Below are positions 25,516-37,924 of a stretch of 64,000 nt of DNA, in pieces. The DNA comes from Yuukianura sp. NJ FZ-2021 (Eukaryota), in the NCBI GenBank assembly GCA_046563655.1, contig CM102289.1:1736001-1800000 (forward strand), in the 5' to 3' direction. The position numbers and the translations under genes are program-made. Position 1 is the first letter of the stretch; every line of letters begins with the position of its first letter. The notes below the pieces were generated by a model. The model did no database searches and was not told the DNA's origin. It worked only from the letters and a program-made list of their open reading frames with translations.

Positions 25516-28500
25516 CTGAAAATCAAAAACAAAATTACATCAATTAAAATATAAACTAATTAATTATTTTAAAATACTTATTTGTAATAAATATTGTCGC
25601 TTGTCACTGACTGTCCTGTTGCCCAAATTCACTTCGCCTGTAGCACGTTTCTGATCGATTTCCAATTGGAAAATATTATAGTTATTTAATCCAACTGACA
25701 TTAATGAAGCTCGTTGCGTTTAATTAACTTAATTGTCCGAAGTGCTAAGTGACTGAAATTGTATCAATTGACTGAACGGACGCTGTCACGAAACTATGGT
25801 TTACATTTTTTAGTAACTTTTGCAGTCGATAACCCTAATCTAAGCACAACCAACGTCACAGTCGCCTGGACACACCAAAAACTTAAAAACTTGAAAAATT
25901 AAAAAAAATGAAGATTTAGCACAACTAGACAATAAGAGCAACTGAATTTTCATGCTACTTTTGCGTTTTAGCTTTTCTGTACAAACTTTGCCACTTTTTT
26001 TTTTGAAATTTCACGCTGCTTTTATGAGGACGCGTGTTTTACAAAGGTCAAAAAAGTCGTTGACCTTTGCTGACCCACCATCTGCTGCGCGGGAACTTTC
26101 AAAATTTGAAAATGGAAGTAAAGGAAATGCTTTGGGTTTGCATTTAATAAAGTCCGGATGGACGATCGTAAATCCTCTTCCTTTCCACTTGGAACTAGAA
26201 GTGGACTTGAGCGGGAAGAATTGAAATTGCATTCTCGTATCATTTGGGGGTTTGAAGAACATCAGTAGTCACGCAAGGGGAATAAACTGAATGTAAACAA
26301 TCTGCCACTTCAATTTGGAACTAATTTAGGAAAGAGATGGGCATCCAGAACTCAGGGGCTAAGCAGAGATGGGCAACAATGACCTCGTCACACGCACGGG
26401 GGTCACAACAACAGAAAGCATCCCTCCAAGTGTCCAAGCGTTTGGCTAAACCTTTGTTATAGAAAGAAGAACAATGATGAGAATTAGGAGAGCTGCATCT
26501 GAAGTGAATATGAACATGATTTAATTACACACTTTCATGCTTCAATAGCAGTCGAATCATTTCCAAATTTCAATTCTTTTTAAATTGTTCCATTTAAATT
26601 ATCCCGCCAGTCACAGGCAAATGAATTCTAAAACCGCCCTAATCCAACAGAACAAAATGAAAAACCAAACACCCGAACACGCTTCCAACCATAAACATCA
26701 AATTCAAAAAAAAAAAAACTTAATTAGAATTAACAACCTTTTCAAAAAAAGAATTTTCGAAACATTTTGTACTACAAATAAATTTATTACGAATAAATTT
26801 CCGCTACAAAATACAACATGAAAAAGTGTTTTCAAAAAACCTGCTACATACCAAATTCGTGCACAAGAAAAAATATGCTGATGTTCAAATTTGTACACAT
26901 ACAATATTTGCTAAACTTCAATTTTGTACACACCAAATTACTTTTTTACCACCCCAAATGTTACACCAAATTACCAAATTTGTAAATAAAATAAGTTTTT
27001 AAACTTTGCAGTTGCCAAACTTTAAAAAGTAACAAAAAAATCTCTCAAATCTAAATCAAAACATCAAATTTTAAAATTGTAAAATTGCAATCCAGAAATA
27101 ATGTAACAAGTCGATTCATATACAAAAAGAATTGTATATGAAAAATTGTGGAACCAAAAAGTTGTAAAAGGAGGTAAAAAACAACACCCAAAAAACTTTG
27201 CACCTAAACATTTACATTACCGCAGTTGTAAAACATAACAAAAATTTGTAAACTCTCTTAATTTTTTTTTGTTTCTCTCTTGAACTACGTTGTGTTCCAT
27301 TTGGTTTAGTAAATTGCAGGGTGTAACATCATGTTGAATTTGAGTAAAACATGAAAGATGATGGAAGGTAACACGAGATCTTGTTTCCCCGGGAGATTTG
27401 AATCTTTTGTAGCTCAGGGAAAGGTAGTCATCCAGAGGATAGGAAGTCATAATCCCCTTAATTGCAGTTTTTACAGCTCATTTACAACCCGAAAAGAAAT
27501 AAATGATGAATCATGGGGCAGTCACAACACCATCATCACTCATTCGCCCGTCTGCTCCTCAACCATTACGTTCTTTCCAAATCGACATTCAACAAATACT
27601 AAAGTAGTGCTTAACTGTTGCTAAGTTCCCAAAATAAGCTGTATTTCGAATTCTTTGATTTGGAAATGGAGCGGCAACTCAGCAAATCTTTCCATCTTTT
27701 TTTCAAAAGACAAAGAACGGCCTTTGTCCTTGTTTCCGTTTCTTAGAATTTGTGTTCATGATGTTCGGATTTCGACTTGACGTGGAGAAACAGCAAAGAG
27801 CTGTGTAGGATTAAGCGTTATTTTGTGACAAGCATCATTGTTTCCAAAAATAACAATGGTTTTGGATTCCTCAGTACACCACCACACCCTAATGTTTCTT
27901 GTAGTCATAGCACTTGATGAAAAAACGCGCCTGCGCAGTGCAGAAAATGACAAACCAATTCAACTTATGTTTCTAAAGTGCGTGGTAGCGTTTCGTACCT
28001 AATGAAATATTGACAGTGGAATTGTTCCCAGCGGAACCGTAACGTAAAGCAAAAACTTTCAAGTTAAAAACTAATCTCTCCAAAGCATCAAAACTTGCAA
28101 AAAAAAATTCACTCACTCTAAAATTTCTGGGGTTGAAATTTTCGTGACTGAACGTAACCATCAAAGACAAAATCAATAACTTTAACGTTTGAAAATGTCA
28201 AGTCAGAAAACAGCTAAGATGAAAACAAATTGTTAAAAATAAACCAATTACGATTTAAAATATATTATTAAATTAGATAAAAAAATATTATTAATAGGTT
28301 TCCGTCCTGCCTGCCACAAATAATTAAGATCAATTGTCCAACATCAAAGCTTCCACTCTTGCTTTTCCAATAGTCGCTACTTTCAACAGGAAAAATTTGT
28401 CGGACTCACATATTTAAAGTTTACGGTCGTTTTTTTATACATTTTTAGTTAATCAGTTTACGAGTTATTTCTAATTACGCGCCGTTGGCGCGAAAATTTA

Positions 28501-30932
28501 GCACTCAGAATGTAGTCCAACACTAAATTTTCCTGAGGAAGAAAGTTGTGGGAAGAGCAAAGTGGACGTTATGGGTTGGATAATTTTGTTATTTCGGGTT
28601 TCGTAATTTTCGTTTTTATGGCGCGGTTTTATTTGGCGGGTTGCTAAATCCATTGTGGTTTAGGCTCAGCTGTATGCAAAATTTTCACAAATTTTGGTTT
28701 GTTCGGTGTAAATTTTTATGCTTTGCAAATTTTATATTATAGAAAGCATCTAAATATTTACCAATTTGATTATTTAACTTTTCAACTGACCTTTGACTGA
28801 AGTATGGTGACTTTGAAGCTCAGTAGTGTTAAAGTGACAATTGAGGTTTCTCTAGAAGTATCAAAAGTTTAGCCACAAACAGCTACTTGAAGAAGATGCC
28901 GTTAATTGATTAATAGTGCAATTATGAAACAAACTGCTCCTACTTAGGACCAGAGTTCACTTCACACAAAATGTTACTTAACTCTTGTTCCTGATCAAAC
29001 GAGTTCACTTTTGTGATTCAAAGGACAAAACGATGAAACTTTTAATTACAAAATTACTTTAGTTTAAAACTTGTTCTCCAACTTTACTTTAATTCTTAAT
29101 GTTTTCTGGTTCTGTGATGATTTGATTCAGTTCCATTGAAGATTTAAACAGAGGCTTCACATTGTTGTGAGTGTGTAAAATTCTTTTTTTTTAGAGACTG
29201 TGGACTCGGAGAATCGATCGCCCGTCGCTGTTACTTTCCTGCCATTTTCATGGAGTGTGTAACAATGCCTTAAGTTGAAGTAGGAGTGAAAGCACTTCCA
29301 CACGAACTGGAACCTCCAAATCAACTGAAACCAAAATCTTTTCGGGCGGGCGTCATGTGCACTACACAGTAACTTTCTCAAACATCTCCCCTCTGCTGCT
29401 GCCGGCGGAGTTAAGAGAGACACGAAAAAGTATAAGCAACAAACTCATGCGCAGGATCGAATCCTACAAGGTGAGTGAAAAAAAAAGTTCAGAGGTGTAA
29501 AGTAACTTTACGCCTCTCTTACAGTTCAAAATTCGACAGTAATCAACCACCACGTTAAAATTTTCCAAACATCTTTTTTACATTGAAAATGTTTTGCTTC
29601 TAAACGGGACTTGTCATAAAGTAACTTTTTAGAAGTTTGGAAATTTTTAAAACCGGCTTGTAGTTTTTCAAAAATCGCTCTGTCTTTCTATATCCCTTGT
29701 AATGTGACTGGATGTATGGAATGGAATATGCTATGCAATGTTATGTAGTAAGTACAGTAGAATGGAGAAAGACTGAATTTGACAGAGAAATATTTATTTT
29801 ACAAATTTCTAATGACTAACGGCTTTATTCTTTAATTTTGTTTTGGGGTATACCACCAATGCGTAGTCAGTAAATTTTTAAATTCAAACCGAAAACATTT
29901 CGAAATTCCCGCCTAACTCAACAAACTATGGTCAAAATACGTGTCAAATTCCAGAACTACTGAATACCCAGAATACATGAATACGACCCAGAATGATGAT
30001 ACATGTAAGGTTCCACGGTATAAGTTTTTACAGGAATTAAGTAATTTTCATCATAAATTAAGTTTCGCACAACGGCCAATTGAAAACTGAAACTTTGAAA
30101 CTTAGGTTACATTAGTTCTTCACACTTCCTTTGTGAAAAAGTAATTTGAATGGAGGTAGAACTCCGATCATGGAATAACATTTTCCTGCAGCAAATCTCC
30201 AGGCAACGGAAAAATTTTGAAACTTTAAAAATCGAAAATGCCCTCAGAATCAAACCATTCACAGACATCAAATGGCGTGCTACCATTGGCGAATATTTTA
30301 AACCAAGTTCTCCGAAGCCAATTCCGCCGACTGAATTGCTCCGAAAGAAACATTGCTCCAGAATTGAATTAGTTTAAGGTGTTTAGAGTCAATAGTTCCG
30401 ATTTGCTGCCAGGGATTAACCTGGTCCACCTTGACCTTTGACCCGGAAGGGTTGATCCACCGAGATGATATTCATTGGTGACTACCGCCGGGTTTTCCGG
30501 TGTTTGCTAGTGAAAACAGATCCCCGGACCCTAAGCCGTTTCCGGGGATAATTGGAGCCAACGACCGGACAGAGAGACAGACAGACAAACAAGTCAGCGC
30601 ATAAAGTAGCTTTCGCTGCTTAATTAATAAAAATGCCGCAAACGGCAAAGCTTTAAACAAAAGAGTCTTGCCTTATGGTGTGTTGCCTAAAAAAAGTTTT
30701 GTCTATGAAATAGATATAACGTATTCACGTAATACTCAGCTTAAAATTTCTATTAAGTTTAGTTCTAGCAAGGAGCTAAAATTTCTTGCATTTTTAAACT
30801 GTTCTTGTGCTAAACTAAAAGTTGCCGCTTGCCACGCTATCGATCTCCTGCATGAGGTTCCTTAAAAATTTAACTTGAGAATACCAACTCAGAAATGTCA
30901 TGGACTTTTTTAAAGTCTATAATGCTATAGTC

Positions 30933-32819
30933 TTATTTTATAGCTAGGAGATTTGCTACTGCGTAGTTGATGATATTTTCATTCACAGTTGCTGTCGTAC
31001 CATAATCTACATAGTTCAGTGGACCACATTTCAGGCAACACTGTTTCAGTCCATTCACCATCATCAAGTCCACTTTGTTTTTCTGCCACTCAGGCATCCT
31101 CAACTGGCGAATATACTTATCAGAGTAACTGTATACGAAAGAACCCGACATAAAGTAAATATTTATGAATACAAATAAGAATGTTGCCAAGACCATTACA
31201 ACTAAACCAACAAAAGACACGCCCAGCTTTAGAGATGCGGCAAACCACAGAGTGCACAGCGTGCTTCCACACACAGCGAAGCTAGTAAAAAGCAACAAGG
31301 TAAAGTCATTGAAAAGCAAAGAAAGGACGGAGATGGCGTTGTATCGACGGATTTCAACATTCGTATTTGAGTTGGGTTTCCTGCGCAAAAGATAAACTGG
31401 AGACAAGTAAAACATGGATGTGTTCGCGGAAAGGAGGATGATCATCAAGTATTGCAGAACCTTGTAGGTGATGAAATACATTTCGATGACAAAGCAAGCA
31501 GACGCACATACTGTGGCAAGAAGAGAAAAATCCTGCGTTAGTTTCGGATCCAATGGCGGCAAATACATCTTTATCGCGGCTGTGAAGAGAAGTACGACAT
31601 CCCGATGAAATGCTATTGGTAACCAGATTGTGTAAGCTGCAAGTAAAACTGGAGTCCCAATGTAAACTACTTTCATGAGACGCAGCATTATCATCTCATC
31701 TGGGATGTAAAACATATTCCCTGTTAAATTTTCAACAAAAAAGAGGTTTTATTTAAACGAAAACGGAATACATAAATGGTTCGAATAAATTTGCCCAATA
31801 ATTCTTAATAAACGCCAGCTACGGAGTTACAGTGCTGAATCTGTACAAGGTGCAAAAATACAGTAGATGTGACATATTTTGTTGCTAAAATCGAGGAACT
31901 GAAATAAAACTTTTTTTTTTTCGTTTCCAAGTCGGCAATATTCAATATTGTACTTTTGCACCGAGAACGAGCGCAGCATGGTAAGTCCGTAGCGGTCGTA
32001 ACTTTGCAAACTGTGTTTGTACATAACTTGCATAAATTTGTTTAGGGCGGATTATTTAGAGATATTTAGTTAAATGCTCCATATATATTTATGTGGATAA
32101 AGTATATAATACAAATCAAGGTTAGTTGAGTAAGAAGTTGGGGATTACCTCATGTTATTTCGATTTTGGAACTTTTCAAGCTTTTCATTTCGGTGCATCG
32201 TAGTCACAACAATGCAGCCATTTTTTTTTAAATGTTGCATACGAATTGGTACCAATTTTTGGGATTGGTACCAAAATTGGTACCAATTTTTGTTTTTTTT
32301 CATTTTTTCGTCAACAAGTGAGGTAGTACCCAACCTCTTAACGGCAAACAAAACAACAATTTTCCGTTGTCAAGGAACCTTGATACAAATAATGGTAAAT
32401 ATACATGTAGTATGACATTTACCTTTTTTATTATTCAGTAGAGTGAGAGATGAGTTAATAAATTGTTGCCACTGTTTTGCTCTGTATATTGCATTAAGAT
32501 CAATGCATATACATATAGGCAGGGTAAACGTTATACCCAATAACATTACCGTTGTGGTCTGCTCCAGTTTGGCAAAGTAGTTGACCCACGCTGTAAATAC
32601 AGAGAACATGAGCAGCCCAATATCCCAGACCAGAATTAGCGTAGACAAGATTCTAAATTTCCAAGAACTGTTCAAATAAAACTGTTGTTTACTACTGTTC
32701 CAAATGAGTGGAAATTGATATGTGGCTTGGGCTTTTTGAAAGGAACGAAGTAATAATTGGACGCAAGGCCTGGCGTAACAAGAAGCTGCCTTCGAATTTT
32801 TGGTTTTCCTTGGATACAT
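30933..32819 (-). CDS. Gustatory-receptor-like 7TM chemoreceptor, copy A (~394 aa, 2 exons)
   Basis: Exon1 32819-32423 (AAAG|gtaaat, phase 1) and exon2 31720-30933 (aacag|GG AAT ATG). Multiple hydrophobic TM segments and a GR-like terminal helix (TATVNENIINYAVANLL). The start could alternatively be the in-frame ATG at 32912. Confidence 0.75.
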
Positions 32820-33551
32820 GACAGCTTCCTCGGAAAGTACATCAACAAATAAAACAGAACCTACACAGGACAAACGATTTTGTCTAAAACAGTCAAATTT
32901 TCTTAAGTCCATTAAAAATTAAAATTAAAAAAGTCCATTAGTGACATTTCATGTTCTAAGTCAGCGGTTTTAGTAAAGTTGAACTCCCCTTGAAGAACTC
33001 AAAACAACGAATCCTTGAAAGTCAATTTCAACATGCTTTTACGTTTCACTGCTACTGTAACGTTGGCCATGTCACATTTGAACAACCCACCAGGCAACAT
33101 TTTTGAACCGCGGAATTGTCAAAGCCACCAGCAACTCACCAGTGCTCCCAAGCTCATTTCCCCGAATGAACTACGACAAACTACGACGAAACCCATTTTT
33201 AGGCACACCCTTTTGGCCAAAAGGGTGTGCCTAAAAATGTTTTGTCATAGCTTATGAGCTTACGTGCCTTTGTTAAGTAACCCTCTTCGCAAAAAAGAAT
33301 TTTGAATTATTTCGTGAAATCGCTAAATATTCTCATTAAAGCTAGACTAAAGTTTGGTTTTAGCGAGGGGCTGGTTAAAGTTGTGAAGCTTATAAAGTGT
33401 TCTAGTCTTCAATTAAAAGTTTCCGCGCTATCGATCTCCGCCGCAAGAGAAGAATATGCTGAAAAATTTAGTTTACGGGGAATATCCTTTGTACTCAAAA
33501 CAACGGAAATAGATTACGAGTCGTGATAATTTTAAGTTTAAAGCTAAACTT

Positions 33552-34339
33552 CTACTATATAGTTAGGAGAATTGTTACTACGTAGTTGATAATATTTTCA
33601 TTGAGAGTGGCCGTCATTCCATAATCTACGTAGTTCAATGGACCACATCTGATTTAACACTGTTTGAGTGCATTCACCTTCCTCAATCCCGCTGTGTTCT
33701 TCCGCCACTGTCGTAACTTCAACTGACGGATATAGTCACCAGAGTGGCTGTATACAAAAGAACCCGCTAAAAAGCAAATGTTTATGAAAATAAAGAAAGC
33801 TGTTGCCATGACAATTACAACCAGACCAACAAAAGATACGGCCATCTTCAGGGATCCGCCGTAGAATAAAACACACAATGTGCTTCCAGAGACAGCGAAA
33901 CCACTGAAAGGTAACAAATTAAAGTCATTAAAAAGCAAAACGAGAACGGATATGGCGTTGTATCGATGGATTTCAACGTCCGCATTTGTGTTGTTTCTTC
34001 TGCGCAGAAGATCAGCAGGAGACAAGTAAAAGAGTGATGTGTTAATGAAAATGATGATGAGCATGCAGTATTGCATAATCTTGAAGGTGATAAAATACAT
34101 TTCTACAGCAAAGCAAACCAAAGCACATGCTGTGACTAATAGCGCGAAACTCTCTGTGAGTATAGGGTTCATTGGCGGCAAACACATTGTTATCGCGGCT
34201 CTGAACAGAAGTAGGAGATCCTTGTAGAACGCTATCGGCAGCCAGATTGTGTAACTCGAAGCTAGCAGTGGAACTCCATAGTGAAATATATTCATCATGC
34301 GCAGCATTATCATTTCATCTGGGATGTAAAACATATTCT
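33552..34339 (-). pseudogene. Orphan exon-2 copy of the GR-like family (copy B)
   Basis: Highly similar to exon 2 of copy C. It has a premature TAA at 33654-33656 where paralogs have TAC (C-Y-I-R-C). The acceptor is changed from ag|GG to at|AG, and no exon-1 homolog lies between 34340 and 35075. Confidence 0.75.
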
Positions 34340-35074
34340 ATGTTAATTAAACAAAAAGGTTATACAAGTCTTACAAATTAATTTTGTCCCTGTCGCTTAG
34401 TATTATGTTTATCTGTCGAGTACTGACTTCAATCATTGCTTGAACTTACATGGAGGCTCCAAGAATTTTTTTTATGTAGCAGTCCTACATAAAAATTTTT
34501 TACTTGGAGCCTTGTGCTACTGTAGCACACATTGGAATTTGTTGTTCCGTCGACTTATAGTACCTTATCTGATGAGTTATTTGCAATGTTCAATTTTCAG
34601 CTAACTTTAGTGATATTAACGAGAAAAGACTTTAAAAATATGAAGAAAACAAGATTATAACCCGGTTTTTTTGAGATTTTATCGAAAAATCACACAAACA
34701 TATCGGCTGGACCACCAAGAAAGGTGAAATTTCGCCGAAATTGTCGAAATATTTAAAAAATATTTATATTTTCTCAAAAAAACGCCAAAAATTTAAAAAA
34801 ATATTTACATTTTTTAAAATCGCGAAATATTTTTTTTAAATAAAAAAATATTTAATATTTAAAAAAACATTTTTACCAGGTCTATTAATGAGTATACGAC
34901 CCAGCAATGTCATGGAGTTAACAATACCTGGATTATACACAGAATAGTACTATTATTAATATAAATAAGTAATAGTATGGTATAATTATAAGTACTACTA
35001 CGTATAATAGCGCTAATAGTACATATTCCCTGTTTTAATGTATTATAACTTGAAAATTAAACTCTAATGCTTTT

Positions 35075-36742
35075 CTATTCTATAGTTAGGAGAATTGTTA
35101 CAACGTAGTCGATGATATTTTGATTTAGAGTGGCTGTCATTCCATAATCTACATAATTCAATGGTCCACATCTGATGTAGCACGGTTTGAGTCCATTCAC
35201 CTTCCTCAATCTCTCTGTGTTTTTCCGCCACTGTCGCAACTTCAACTGACGAATATATTCACCAGAGTAGCTATATACAAAAGAACCCGCTAAAAAGCAA
35301 ATGTTTAAGAATATGAATAAAGCTGTTGCCATGACAATTACAACTAGACCAACAAAAGTTACGCCCATCTCCAGGGATCCTGCGTAGAATAAAACACACA
35401 AAGCGCTTCCAGAGACAGCGAAGCCGCTGAAAGGTAGCAAATTAAAGTCATTAAAAAGCAAAACGAGGACGGATATGGCGTTGTATCGATGGATTTCAAC
35501 ATTGGCATTTGTGTGGTCCCTTCTGCGCAGAAGCTCAGCAGGAGACAAGTAAAATAGTGATGTGTTAATGAAAATGATGATGAGCATGCAGTACTGCGTA
35601 ACCTTGAAGATGATAAAATACATTTCTATGGCAAAGCAAACTAGAACACATGCTGTGACTAAAAGCACAAAATTCTGTGTTAGTGTAGGATTCATTGGCG
35701 GCGAACACATTGTTATTGCGGCTCTGAACAGAATGAGGAGATCCTTGTAAAATGCAATCGGAAGCCAGATTGTGTAACTCGAAGCTAGCAGTGGAACTCC
35801 ATAGTAAAAGATATTCATGATACGCAGCATTATCGTTTCATCTGGGATGTAAAACATATTCCCTGGTAATTAAAGAAAAAGGTTACACAAGTCTTTTTTT
35901 TACATAAATTATAGCGGAATACATAAATGTTTTTAAATTTGCCGTATAATCCCTACCAACTGTGCAAAATACGTTTGTGTACAGCGTGTCACACTTAAAA
36001 CTGAACACCTTCAGCCTAAGCAACTTATTTATTTTTTAAACCATTAGGGGATCTCTGAGCCAATTTCTGAAGTATTGAAAAAGTTTGCCAACTTATTATT
36101 GAAAATTATTGAAAAGTTTGGGAATATGCCTCCATGTTTTGTCACTTTTGAAGTGATTGTCATGAAAATTATTTTAGGGTGTTCAGTTTTAAGTGTGACA
36201 CTTAAATGCTTAAATGCATAAATGCTTGCTGAATAAAACGCAAGTGCGTGTGTACAGTTTACAACGTATATCAAATTGCTTCGAGAGATTTGGTTAAAAG
36301 TGCTTTATATTAAAGTGCGTAACGTACATTATGTGAAAAGCACAAACATACACGCAGGATCACAGTTACCTTTTGTACTATACAGTACAATGAGTAATGC
36401 GTTAACGAATTGCTGCCACTGTTTTGCTCTGCATATTGCATTGATATCATCGCATATGCATAGAGCCAGTCCAAACGACATGCCAAGTATCATTACCGTC
36501 ACGATAGACTCCAATTTGGTAACATGGTTGACCCATGCTGCGAATGCAGAGAATATCAACATTGCAATATCGCACATCAAAATTAGCATGGACAAGACTC
36601 TAAATTTCCAAGAATTGTTCAAATAAAACTGTTTTTTATAACTGTTCCAAATGAGTGGATTTTGGTATGTGGCGTGGGCTTTTTGAAAGGAACGAAGCAA
36701 TAATTTGACGCAAGGCCTCTCGCTAGCAAACCTGTTTCTCAT
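35075..36742 (-). CDS. Gustatory-receptor-like 7TM chemoreceptor, copy C (~386 aa, 2 exons)
   Basis: Exon1 36742-36370 (MRNRFASERPCVKLL...; AAAG|gtaact) and exon2 35862-35075 (accag|GG). Same intron position and phase as copies A and D; the frame is open. Confidence 0.75.
35986..36201. mobile_element. MITE (Tc1/mariner-like end) in intron of GR-like copy C
   Basis: Perfect 24-bp inverted repeat GTGTCACACTTAAAACTGAACACC (35986-36009) / GGTGTTCAGTTTTAAGTGTGACAC (36178-36201). The left arm is preceded by TACAGC. Confidence 0.65.
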
Positions 36743-37109
36743 TTTTGCTATGTATGTACATACAAGACACCTTCTCTGAAATATACAGTGACAAAGAAAA
36801 CAAAACCTACACAGCACAATCGGTTTTGTCTAAAGCAGTCAAATTTTCCTCTTAAGTCCATTAAAATTAAAATTAAAAACGTCCATTAGTGACATTTCAT
36901 GTTCTAGCGGTTTTTTAGTAAAATTGAACTCTCTTTGAACTTGAAAAACTCAAAACAGCGAATCCTCAAAAGTCAATTTCCAAATGCTTTTACGTTTCAC
37001 TGTTAATGTAACCTTGGCCATGTCATATTTGAATAACCCACCCGGTAACATTTTCGAACCGCGGAATTGTCAAGGCAAACAGCAACTCGCCATTGCTCCT
37101 AAACTCATT

Positions 37110-37442
37110 TTTCCGAATAAACCACCACGAAGCCCATTCCTCCGAAAAACAAGTTGCTCCGAAACTAATGAATGCAATGATGTGCTCAGCGTTTGCATAG
37201 GTTTGGTTTGGATAACAATAAGTTGATTACAATTTAGTTTATACTTAGTCTCAACAAGGTTACGTTAGATTAACATGCATTAATATTTTCGGAGTAATTT
37301 ACCGTTCGGAGCAATTGGTGACGTGGCAATTGATTTGGAGCTGTGAGCCTCGTCGCAATTTATTAGGACTAATTTGCTTCGGTAGAATTTATTCGGAACA
37401 ATTCGCTCCGGTGCAATTAATTCGGAGCAATGGAATGGAACC
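37110..37442. repeat. Dispersed MITE-like family with internal ATTGCTCCGAA / TTCGGAGCAAT repeats
   Basis: The motif is oriented inversely in the two halves and ends in ...TTCGGAGCAATGG(A/C)ATGGAACC. Related copies lie at ~40455-40777 and ~30282-30365. Confidence 0.6.
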
Positions 37443-37924
37443 AACAGAACTTAATAAATGCTAAGCTGACGAGTATTAAAAAATTACTTATTTACAAGGA
37501 CATTATCTAAAAGCAAAGGTTTTTAGAACCCTTTTAGTGCGGATTATATCTTATAAAAAATGGCAAAGTCATGTTAGAAAGTAGAAAAACAAATACTAAC
37601 GGAATTAAAAATATTTTTCTGAAATTACAATCGACCAATGGAAAAAAATTGTTGAAAAAACTGAGTTATACATTATATCCAACTCAAGGCAAAAATCTAC
37701 TTTCTTAGCATCAATGAATTGTATAATCAATCATAAACTCTCTATTTTTTTTTATAAATGAAACTAATCCAAAACTCGACAAGTTGAGATATGTTTTTTG
37801 CAAATTTATTTGAAAAAAGGCAAAAAATTTGTGTTTTAAGCATCAATCTATACAGTTTCGATTAGAAAATTATGCTGTTGAAAGTTTTGCATAAAATTTC
37901 CATGTAAGCGGTTCGTCTGTTGAC

